Below are positions 53,641 through 64,000 of a stretch of DNA of 64,000 bases, one piece after another. Position numbers and translations under genes: made by a program. The notes under the pieces were generated by a model. The model saw only the letters and a list, made by a program, of their open reading frames with translations. It was not told where the DNA came from and searched no databases. The stretch covers positions 105,834,001 through 105,898,000 of the forward strand of contig OZ286463.1 of NCBI GenBank assembly GCA_965644265.1, in the 5' to 3' direction. Each line of letters starts with the position of its first letter. Position 1 is the first letter of the stretch. This stretch comes from Glycera tridactyla (Eukaryota).

Positions 53641-54062
53641 GTCACCAGACTAGATCACTTTTCATGATGAGAGAACCCTGGAGGCAAATCATATTAATCT
53701 ATGGCACACAGTGGTTTTAAGCTTAAACAAGGGTGCTGATTTGAAATCTGCTCTATGCCCGGCTCAAAAATGATCCACAAAATCTGAATGAGAAATCCAA
53801 GATGACCGCCTCTATGACACTGAAATCTCTTTCTGTGCATAACGTTTGGCTTAAAGAGAGCAGAAAGTTGAATGATATGTGCTTTTATAGGTTTTCCTAT
53901 AAGGGTAAGTCATGGCTTGAATCACTTTTTAGATTGAATATGAAGAAAATGTCATGTCCATGTGATCTCATAAACCAATGCCATCCTTGACCCTATACAA
54001 CCAAAGAGCAAGCACAGTCAACCCTGGGCAAACCATAGTTGGCTATCTACCAATCATGAAGA

Positions 54063-54245
54063 AATGAAATGAAATGTTAAGGTTTTAGGTCCATTTTCTG
54101 CACTTGAGTAGGCTAAATCAGACCACCTGCCAAGGAGGAGCGAAGATGAAGGGTGAAACATTCCTGCATGGTAGGACCGGGGATTGAACTCCAGACCCAT
54201 TGCACACCGGCCCAGCATGCTACCACTGAGCCACCAAGGCAGGCT
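54063..54245 (-). mobile_element. tRNA-derived SINE with 13-bp target-site duplication, inserted inside the Academ element
   Basis: Minus strand has A-box TGGCTCAGTGG, B-box GAGTTCAATCCC and a (CATTT)n 3' tail. It is flanked by the perfect direct repeat CCAATCATGAAGA at 54050-54062 and 54246-54258. Confidence 0.88.
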
Positions 54246-54339
54246 CCAATCATGAAGACTCCAGCATCTACACTCAAACTATATACTAAACATAGTCATC
54301 AACAGGTGCACCATATCATCAAATCATTAAAACAGTGAC

Positions 54340-56111
54340 ATGTCGTTTTGGCAGTCGATAAGGCACTTGATCTAAAACTGATAGAGTTAAAGTTGTCAGT
54401 GGAAGTTCCAACCATGCATGTATATGATTTCAAATGTATGCTGCCATTCTTCTTCAGATATTATCATATCAACTATGCTACACTGGGTACTATATACCTA
54501 GCTGAGATGTTTGCTCTCCCACCACAAGTCCTTCATGAATTCCAACTTTGTATTGAAGCATACTGACCAATGCCTTAATCAGTTGCAGTTGACCAGATTA
54601 CAGAGTGGCTGAATACTATAAGGAAGAAAAGTGGAGGTTTAGTAGGTATATCACAAGGATAGCATCATGTATTATGCGGACTGCTTCAACGAAAACATTG
54701 TTGACCATGGCAATTGACGATGAAGAGGATGATTACACACACAATGAGTGTACGAACATTAGGATGGAGAAAGGTTGACTGATGAAGCCTGAATAGCTGA
54801 ATCACTGATACAGCATGGTGTTTTCCTAGATGGTGGTGAAATATCGAAGAATGTAAACAACAAGGATATAGTCACCCTTGGGATTCAAGAATCATTGCTT
54901 GATGCAGGAGACCTTGGACAGGTAGAGATGAAGTTCTTCGCAGCTAGACAATGTGTGAGACACCAAACAATGACTAACACATTGATCTGGTGTCACCCAT
55001 TTGAAAGAATAAAGCAAGACATTTGCATCTCTAAATGACATTTTGCAACGAGTATAGGACAGGCAAAGTACCATCATAGTGGATAGGGACAGTGAACCTG
55101 GAGAATATCATTCAGCATGAACTCATGACAGTACCACTGTTTTTGGCTATAAGTGTTAGTCAACATTCAACAAACAAGTCTGTACTGACCAACGAATTGA
55201 TAGAATGTGGTTAAATTCCTGCCAATATTACACTCAAAGCCACCTGACATCAGAGCATTAGGTGACTATGCCAAGGTGTTTACTGGTGCTGTGTAAAAGA
55301 TAGAAGCAAGACACCGGATGATTTATTTGGATTTTGACAAGTATCAAGATGAATCTATCAAAGTAGGCATGAGGATTAAACACAAGCCATCAATATGTCG
55401 TCAAATCAAAAATGGGTCAGTTCTTCCCCCATCAGATTGGCCTATCTTCATTACACTTCTGATAGACCAATAGCCAAAAGGCAGACCAGTCAATGTAGTA
55501 TCAATGGGATTTGCTGAAGCAATCACCATCAAGTGTTCTGATCCTGATTCTTCAAGTTTTCCCTTATGGCTGACCATGATGAACCTGATATACGACTAAT
55601 CTTGCAAGTTGCATCCATGCTCACATGCAAACAGTGGTTGTGTCATGCTTCTTCCATTCTTTGTAAACTATCCCAGCTTGTAAAGCTTTTTGTTGATCAA
55701 GTGGACACACTTCTTGCCTTCCATGACATATTGTGCACCAGAAGTTGATTTTTCTGACGAAGCTCAAGTCACTTTGTTCTGCCAAGAATGTACACAGAAT
55801 TCGCCACCATCCTCAGATGCAGCTCAGTTTGATATCATGCCTTCACACTATAAGGCTATTGTATAGAACCACGCCCATTTGCCACATCAGGATTTTCTAC
55901 CAGTGACAGGAAAGGGATGTTCCTAAATGGCCTAAGCTGCTGTCTTTGTCCCGTTTCATGAGCTTGCAAGCAGATCATTTCATGTGGTTTTACAGAGGAG
56001 TGCCTCAGCCAATGGTTCAGCTGTAGGAATATTTCCATGGATTGCATTGAAGCCTGCACTTGCAGGAGGTTCACAGACAACTGTCGAACCATTCAAGATG
56101 ACAGAGAATAA
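54340..56111 (+). pseudogene. Disrupted Academ transposase/XPG-like/Cys-finger coding region
   Basis: Pieces across frameshifts and stops: KCMLPFFFRYYHINYATLGTIYLAEMFALPPQVLHEF; SVAVDQITEWLNTIRKKSGGLVGIS; LGDYAKVF...IYLDFDKYQDESIK; HDEPDIRLIL (cf. HEEADTRLIL); IISCGFTEECLSQWFSCRNISMDCIEACTC...DDRE* (TAA 56109-56111). Confidence 0.85.
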
Positions 56112-56974
56112 CTCCTGAATGCAATACTTGAGTTGATGACTTATATATGGTTTTCGGGTCTTTTCCAGTAGGATACAGCATACATTGCATGCAGAATTTT
56201 TGTAAATAATAAGGGTTTGTTGAATGACTAGTGAATATAAACTCACTTCTGGAATAATGCAAAGGAAATATCATTTTTGAACACTGGTTTTCAGTCTGCT
56301 CTCCCTAACAATTAGTTGGACAAAATATCCATCAGTTGCAGGACCAATTTTTGCTATGTGTGTACAATTTCGACATTTCCTTATACATATATATATATAT
56401 CTAATTAAAAAATTGATTGTGGCAATGACTTCCACATATAAGAAAACCTATAAAAGCACATTCATTCAAGTTTCTACCCTCTATGTGCAAAAAGTTATGT
56501 ACAGAAAGAGATTCTAGTGCCGCGGTGGTGGCCATCTTGAATTTCTCAATTTTTAGTAATCGGGGATCATTTTCGAGCTGGGCATACAGCAGATTTGGAT
56601 TCAGCACCCTCTATTATCCTCAAAACCACTGTATGCCATAAATTAACACGATTTGCCTCCAGGGTCCCCATTTCATGAAAATTGCCCTAGTCTATATTGA
56701 GATGCAGCCAGCAGGACCACATAGAGACTTTATTCAGTGAAGAAACTACTATTATGGTTCGGTTGCTACTTGCTTCAGCTAACACATCATATGCGATGAG
56801 ATTCTATTCTCTGCCCCTCCCATGCGAAGTGAGTCAATAATTGTATTGCCATCAAGCCAAAAGAAATGACACCAGTTACTGACGAATCAATTATAGGATA
56901 TCATAGTAGATGTCCAACCAACATTTCCAGCTATACCATTGTTCTCCCCTCACATGAATCCATCCCTCTAGTTA

Positions 56975-57145
56975 TCTATCCATTCGTTCATTGAATTATC
57001 AATTCATCCAAATAAGAATTCATCGATCCATTTATCCACCCATCAATTCGTCTATACATCCATTTGAACTCCGCGAGTGAGTCATTCAGTCATTATTCAA
57101 CTCATTCATTGATTCATTCATCGTTTCGATCATCATTCATTCACT
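56975..57145 (+). repeat. Degenerate (CATT/CATC)n tract
   Basis: Recurrent CATT, TTCA and CATC tetramers. Confidence 0.6.
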
Positions 57146-57149
57146 CGGA

Positions 57150-59330
57150 TGAAATATTCGAAAATTCAAAGGAGGGTCATTCTCACCGAATTTCATATCT
57201 TGGTGATCCACCAAGTAGTTTGTTCCATCATGCCAGTTCAAACAGATATGCCGCGGCGGGTACTTATCAAACGAAGATCGGACTACATCTGTGTATATAA
57301 CATGTCTCAGAAGTTGTTGTTTATTAGCTCCATTTGTTTGTAACATCCACCCAACAACACATTTGATATGAAGACTTGTCCGGATGATATGGGTTAAAGT
57401 CCGTGGCAGGGCTCACCAGCAGATACCATATAATAGGTTATCAAACTCAGTCCCTAAGGGCATGGTCTGATAGAGATACCACGCCGATCATTGGTGCCAG
57501 TGCTAACATAGACTATAAAAGCGGTGAAGCTGGGCAGGAATCTTCAGTATTTGTGAAGTTGGAAATTGGCAATGCAATGACAAACAGCCAGTACTGACCG
57601 GATGGGTTTTTCCATGGGTGGGTATGTTAGCACTGGCGCCGAAATGTTAATCAGGGGTCGGTCAACGTGTCGAGATGGACATGACTCCTCAACTGAAATG
57701 TTGCTTGTAATGAGGAAAATGAATCGCTTGGGCAGAATTGTCTTCTGTGACATGCCGAGCAAAGATGACCGTGAGTTTTCTGGTTTCTGTTCGAAATATG
57801 GGATTCCAATGCCAGGGTCCCAAGTATGTGATATTTGGCTTTACGGGGCTTCATTTGTGTGATTCTCTTTCTGAAGTTGTCTAGTGCTATCATTGGTCCG
57901 ATATCAGGACATAAAAAGTTCGCTACAAGCATGAGAGATGCTTTAGCTTATGCAATAGAGATATGGCGGCTGACGCCTGAATCAGCAACTTTTCGAGAAC
58001 CCCTATAAGTTCTTGAGATGGGTGATGTGAATCAAAAATCACTGGCATCAGAAGAGTTCATATTGTCTCTTTGTCGAGAGATGGATTTTGGCCATGATTT
58101 GGTTAGCAGCGAGGATCTGAAACGTTGGCAACATGGAGTGTGGCTAAGGGGTGGTGATGAGCAGCACTGGTTGGGCAATCTGCTGCACCAATGGAGATAT
58201 CCATAGCACCGTGAATCAGATGTGACACATGACAACTGTGACTTGATCGAGCACCACTTTCTCTAACGCCTTCGCCACAATACTGGAATGGGGAGGGGGA
58301 GCAAATACACTCGGTGAAAATGTGACCAACTTTGTATCAAAGTGTCTGTAGCAAATGCATCAGGGTCACCTTGTTATGACATGAAATCAAGTTGAGTGTT
58401 GCTTCGTGAAGCAAACAGATCAATCTCAGAACAGACATTGGGATGTTGCACAGTACATTCAACCACAAGCGTGTCAAGACGCCACGCTGTGTAGTCATTG
58501 AACTGCCTGTTGATCTGTTGATGAGGAGTGGTGTTGTGCACACCTGAGATCTATGCGACCGTTAACCAACACTTGTGGCCTACTTCCAGATATCAACAGC
58601 GAGGAAGTGACACGCAAGAGATCGACACCCCTCTCTTTTATCAATATATGCCACGGTAGTGGTATTGTCACTGAGGATGGGCATGTCCAATAAAAATGCT
58701 TGCAGGCCGTATAAGACCACTTCCAGTTCGAGTTGATTACTGTGCAGACTTGGATGTTTCACGCACGTTCTACCTCTTGTTTCACCATCATCTGTGACTG
58801 CACCCAAGTTTGAAGCATCAGTTTACAAAGTGAGATTGAGTGGATGGGTTTGTGATTGTCATTTGCACAGTGAAAAATGCATCTATCCTCAGTGGATATT
58901 TTCTCTGGAACCCCCGCTGGATTGAGTCATTTGTTCAAGTGATACGAGCCCGAGAGAGCTTGTTGATCCAGCACATGACTGCACTAAACACAGGCCTGAT
59001 AAAATGTTCCACAATCCATTTTGAGGCCGATCTCACATTGTTGATCTCATGACATGCCTCTTTCCCCACTGACAGATGGACATACCATGATTTCGAAGGT
59101 GGGAAAATACCTCAAACGGCTTCTCTGATTAGACCAACCAAAAGGAGTATGCCACGTCTTGCTCATTCATAACAGTAATATATCCAGTTCCTCGCAGGCA
59201 TCACGTCGGGCTTGATATACATCCAGAAAAGGAAGATGGAAGCAACATCCATGGAGGGGATTATAGTTGTCCAGCCTGGAAACTATGGAATAGATACGGG
59301 TTGAATGTGTAGAACCTGATCTGCGAACCT
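57150..59330 (-). mobile_element. Fossil DIRS-type tyrosine-recombinase retrotransposon (RT, RNase H, MT-like, YR remnants)
   Basis: Minus-strand motifs in DIRS order: TPFGWS/HLRNHG (RT); TDAS (58822-58811); LHSNQLEL; SDNTTTVAYI (~58672-58645); EIDLFASRSNTQL (~58427-58390); DPDAFATD...SWS; PPHSSIVAKALEKV; QIMAKIHLSTKRQYE (YR start); ITQMKPRKAKY. Multiple stops and frameshifts. Confidence 0.85.
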
Positions 59331-59675
59331 ACAGATATGGTTGGTTCATATTGCTCCATTCACACTCCTTGCCCCAGACGTCGATGCCGCCCCCCCCCCC
59401 CCCCCCCCATATATCAGACGCCACTTCACACTTGTTGTTTGGGTAGATATGTCGCGCCAAGTCGACAATTACGTCCTTTGAAAAACACCAATGTTGTGTT
59501 TGTTAGACAAGAGGGTCAACGCTACTTCAACAGGGTGCAGAAGTGGAGAAAGTTATAGTTTTCCTAAATCTACAACATCCACCATACGACATCGACATTT
59601 GTAATCACACAAGCCTTGAATTCTTACTCTTGTACCAACATTCTTAACCATATATGGAGCTTTTTGTGTCTGAAG

Positions 59676-59837
59676 TAACCAATCATTCAATCAACGTCGG
59701 AATCTGTCTCCGAGTGGGGAACTGTATGATGATGGTATTACTTCCGCATCCGGGTTTTCCTGGTCGATGAATTCATTACCAGGGATATACAATAATGACA
59801 CTGGATGGGTCTCTGACCAATATTTCGAGGGTACCCT
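59676..59837 (+). CDS. Candidate isolated internal exon (162 nt), weak discoidin/F5-8 type C-like resemblance
   Basis: Acceptor TTTTTGTGTCTGAAG, donor CT|GTGAGT, symmetric phase 2-2. Open frame NQSFNQRRNLSPSGELYDDGITSASGFSWSMNSLPGIYNNDTGWVSDQYFEGT. No partner exons identified. Confidence 0.3.
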
Positions 59838-61684
59838 GTGAGTTTCTCTGAAGTTTTGTGATGCGGTCACCGCTGTTTCCGTAAATGAATTGCTAAAAAT
59901 AGTGGGTACCTGATAAACGCCTCAAGATAGACAAGACACTAGACTAGTGGAAGGAAGAAAGTGAAGCATAGAATCTTCGCTCATCACAAAGACTCCTGAC
60001 AAAAACTAGTTGCCCCACCCCCTGATATGTAGTTATATCATCAAGATGCGATGCCAGCTACGTAATATGTCATATCTCCCACCTAGATGTTATTGGCCTC
60101 TGGACTGATAATCATGTGGCAGGAAATTAATCACCTTTCTCTGGGTATCGGATATATCTTCTTATTGACCAATAGACTGCTAGGTTACTTCATCGTAGAA
60201 GACGAGATAAATGCTAAATTGATTTTGCGTCTAGTAGAATCTTGCTGACCAATTTACTGATTATAGAATGATTATAGAATGTAGTTCGGGAATTTGATAT
60301 CGATCCTTCTCGCTGTTGAGGTATCGGTGTGCCACCCTGTGTCTAATCGTATACTGTCATGTCGTCAATTATACCACATGAAAATGGCAGTATTGTGTGT
60401 GTTAGACAAAAACCCATCGCTGACTTGTCGCTAGTTCGAGTTAGCGACGGGCAGGCGTCCGTCCAGCTCCTGTAAATCGGGACCACATGGCGGAAATGAG
60501 CTTTTTGTTACCCAATCAATCAATGGATCCCAACTGACGTGCCTGGCTTGAGCGCACTCCGAGCATGATGATTATTTCATACCCTGATAACTGTTGTATC
60601 AGATGTTCATATATCGACCAAGAGCCTATCCCTCTATATATCTCGAGTCCAGCGATAGTGGGGGATTACTGGCGTATTCGTTCTCATCTGTTTTCACGTG
60701 ACTGATTCAGAGCTGATTATCCAGTTTTCGTCCAGACCTATATGATTGACTGATTGTTCTATCATGACTCACTATGTCTCTGGCTCACTAATACGATCTG
60801 GGCCGACCGACTGATTATTCCATCTTCGGATATGAATCACGCACTGTCGGTGCACCTTTCTTGAGAATTTATTTGCACATTGTCTGGAGTCATAATCGTC
60901 GAATCGGGTTTTTGCTGAAGTGTCACCATCTGAGCGCTGTCATCAATTTATCGTCAATGTGAAAGGATCCTTGTGGTATCTGTATCTGGTATCACGTGTG
61001 AAATAAACAGTTCTATCCATCAGAGAACTTGAGTGATTAGGAAATTGAAGCAATTCAATCCACTGATCTCCTCTTTTTTCAATGCTGATTATCAACCAAT
61101 GCAGCTCTTTCAAATTAGTGTCATTGCTTGCTCGGAACGGTTCTCTCATATTTGCACAATGAGGGCCTCGTAAGATCATATGACAGAATCGTCTTAACCC
61201 ACCTGCATTCTCGCTGTTCATATTATATGACACACCTTCAAGTGACTTGCAAAGCCCCCTTGTTGCATGAAGGCTTCATAAATATTTATCACATCCTTCC
61301 TTCTCACGGGGCATTGATATACCAATCCTTTTTGTTCTGCCGAGGTGACGTTATCCAAGTGCTTCTCCGATGAGGATGTGTCATCATTGAATCAGGACAG
61401 CTTCAATGTGAAAATTGAATACATAATCATGTGTGGAAATGCAGGTGTTTGAGATATCTGAAACAGCAAATTTTCCATGATAGGTCTTGGCGCTCTTGTT
61501 TCTGGCACCTGTCCTTCTCAGCTCATCCATCAAAGGCAATAATGCCGATGTTAGTTCTAAAACATTGTCTCAGATACATTGTTTGAACTTGGTATCGTCC
61601 CGACTAAATTCAGCAGAAATACCTGAATTCTTTGACAGAGGAAGTCCAATTGTCCTCGATAGATGCTGAGTTATGTATTTGTTT

Positions 61685-61870
61685 ACATGACGCGTTCGTG
61701 ACTCTGATGACGTCACGATGTCATGATCGAGTCCACAGGTCGGTCTGCAGCGTCCCGCCTTGAATTGTCACGTCACGGTGGTCAACAGATCCAGATTCAC
61801 CTCAACCACATACAAGTATAGACACAATTATTGGCGAAATTTATGTAAATGTAGCCCGCTCACGTGTGAC
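61685..61870. promoter_or_regulatory. Second CRE/E-box cluster
   Basis: TGACGTCA at 61708, TCACGTCA at 61768, CACGTG at 61861, TGACGCG at about 61688. CpG-rich. Confidence 0.3.
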
Positions 61871-61899
61871 AAAGTCTAACGTAGGTATCGACGTTCATA

Positions 61900-62500
61900 T
61901 TTGGCACTAGGCGGTGGAGTTCAAAGAATGGTCAGCGGAAAAAAGCTTTCCCGAAAACGTGAGCTGACAGTACTTCTACTTCCATCTAATGATATGTTCT
62001 CGATCTGACCATTGAATTTTTTGTATTTATATAGCATATAAATCAACTGGTTCCAGCTACTATGGTACTGTTAGATCGACTGACCGTTATATCATGGACA
62101 ATGGATCACCTACATCTGAGCCCGTCCATTGATACGTTATTGACAATTAGACTCACAATTCAGTCGTTGGATATAAGTCTCTGCTTACGACCACTGATCA
62201 ATTGCTCTAACGGGGTGAATATATCAGTCATTTGTAACAATACAAGATATCCAATATTCGAGTGAGCTCGTGCTGGTTCTCCAAACAACTCATATATGAA
62301 GGTTTTTCATAGCAGGGATAAATGCCCCACCGAATGTTGGTGCCAACCTCCCACACAATTCTGACTACAGTAATTGCACACCTATTGATAAGAGGCGAAT
62401 GGCGTACTGCGTTATGATAGCCATCTACTGGTGATCATAAACACACATTATCTGTCAGGTATATTGGCCAGCGGGGATCATTTTGACGCCCGTTCCTGTG
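61900..62500 (-). mobile_element. Fossil LINE (L2/CR1-group) RT fragment
   Basis: Minus-strand motifs in order: TQYAIR (cf. NQYGFR), GIY...KTFI*VVW (cf. GIF.DL.KAFD.V), ISGRKQRL (cf. YL.GRKQ.V), GTS*FICYIN (cf. GP.LF..YIND). Confidence 0.55.
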
Positions 62501-63886
62501 CCAACATCCGCCATAAATTAACTAATAATAATGAAGCAACTTTATTAACCAATCATGACCACCTAGTCCCGACTGCATTTTATCGTTTCCTTTGCCAGCC
62601 ATACATCATTCCCTGCGTTCCCTTCTCTGGCAGAACAATTGTCACAGACGGTCCTTGCTGAATTATCCCGGAAGTGTTTGATGAGAGTCATCAGAGTGGC
62701 TATACCTCATCATGGGTTGATAAAGCATGCTGAATCGATTAATTGCTATGTGTCTTCCTGGACCCGAAGTCAGTAGTGTACGATGCTTCTTGCCTCGGTG
62801 GCTTTTGGCCCGATAGAACGATTGCCTTCGACCGCTGAGTACATTTCTGCATTGCACACTCAATGGAAATCGACCAGTCGATCACCAACACCATATTCGA
62901 ATTTGTTCCAGTTTTCTTCGTTTTCATCAATTAGCAGGATACATTCCTTCTAATACTTCATCGAAGCGTTGCTATTGATATATGACATATATCGTATGAC
63001 TATATAAGTGGATAGATTGTGAGCGCCTGTCTTTGAGTCAATAGGAAAGAACACCAGCCTGTAGCCGTGGGACAAATCATGCAGTAAATGTTCATGGAAG
63101 CTCATCTAGGTAACGAGTGGGATACACGAAGTTGAAACTGGGTGTGCAAGTCCATATATGCACCTGAACGTGAAAGTCTGCAGTTTGCAAAAGACATGTC
63201 TCTCATATGAGACTGCTTCTAGATAGTAGGAGACCAAACTACCTGATCAGCCACAGGACAGATTTATCACCTAGTTAACACGCGCAAGCTATATTGATCG
63301 CGAGACCCTGTACATCAATCATGGATCCTTTCATATCGTATATAGTGTTCGGTTTGCTCGGGATTGTATGACATCATGTAGTGATGTCTCTGAGTGGGAT
63401 AACTCACTCTAAGATGATCACACAGAATGATGTTGAACCATCTCCAACGAAGTGAAAGTCACAGCTAGAAACAACAGAGAAGAGTACTTTGGTGTATAAT
63501 CTACGATGTATAGGATACGTTGCTTGATAAAGCATTCTACGTTCTTAGGTTTAAATACGGCTTGTATTTCAAAGGGCAGAGGGCACCTGTGCTTTTCTAT
63601 AATGTCACAAGTGCGCATCGTCAGATGAGAATGAAGACCACGAAGACAGCTACGTTAGATGGAAATCTCAACAAGTTAGTGGATGAGTCCATGTCGGGAA
63701 ATAATTCCAACAACCAGACAAGTCAATAGGGCGGATGTGATTCACGTGATATTGCTTTCAGTATGAAAGTAATTCCTATCTTGCGGAAGATTTGTCAGTC
63801 TAGTCAATCAAGATGGAACAATTTATCCTACTTTATCCCATATTGATGATATCCTTTAGACACATATCGAACCTTTTCAGCAGCTT

Positions 63887-64000
63887 GCCATCCAGACACC
63901 AGACAAGTTGTGCATGGATGTAGAATCCAGAGGAGAGCTCTCCGTGCCATCCAGACACTAGACAAGTTGTGCATGGATGTAGAATCCAGAGTAGAGCTCT
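63887..64000. repeat. Minisatellite, 59-bp unit, ~2 copies, truncated by window end
   Basis: GCCATCCAGACAC(C/T)AGACAAGTTGTGCATGGATGTAGAATCCAGAG(G/T)AGAGCTCT starts at 63887 and 63946. Confidence 0.9.

Larger units (their letters stand above)
53651..56689 (+). mobile_element. Degenerate, internally deleted Academ (AcademX-type) DNA transposon
   Basis: Termini TAG...CTA, with imperfect ~280-bp inverted terminal repeats (53651-53930 vs 56405-56689) sharing TTTTCATGA..ACCCTGGAGGCAAATC. Internal protein remnants match the transposase + XPG-like + Cys-finger architecture known for Academ. Confidence 0.82.

Noticed and set aside
60426-60447. Short hairpin GTCGCTA-N8-TAGCGAC as a Helitron 3' end
   Set aside because: Only a 7-bp stem, no CTRR terminus at the expected distance, and no other Helitron features.
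61230-61322. C2H2-like YQCP...GCDK...HLKVCH on the minus strand
   Set aside because: Requires frameshifts to assemble, spacing is non-canonical, and there is no supporting context.

Overview
Repeat-rich, gene-poor eukaryotic DNA (roughly 40-42% GC by eye), most consistent with an intergenic or large-intron region of an invertebrate animal genome draft. No intact protein-coding gene, tRNA/rRNA gene or CRISPR array is supported. The long ORFs in the track are artefacts of N-runs or of tandem repeats whose unit length is a multiple of 3. Well supported features are seven minisatellite arrays (79, 92, 51, 42, 101, 87 and 59 bp units), several microsatellites, and a degenerate Academ-type DNA transposon locus (52703-56689) with long inverted arms and a tRNA-SINE inserted with a 13-bp TSD. 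A fossil DIRS retrotransposon (57150-59330) is also well supported. A Gypsy integrase remnant (~29.7-30.3 kb) and several frameshifted LINE reverse-transcriptase remnants are moderately supported. All protein-family calls come from manual translation and motif recognition, not database searches. I cannot claim a novel biological system. The best leads are the composite or nested Academ locus, an inverted-repeat-bounded Gypsy remnant, a nested palindrome at 49.2 kb, a CRE/E-box cluster at 35.2 kb and an isolated discoidin-like candidate exon at 59.7 kb.
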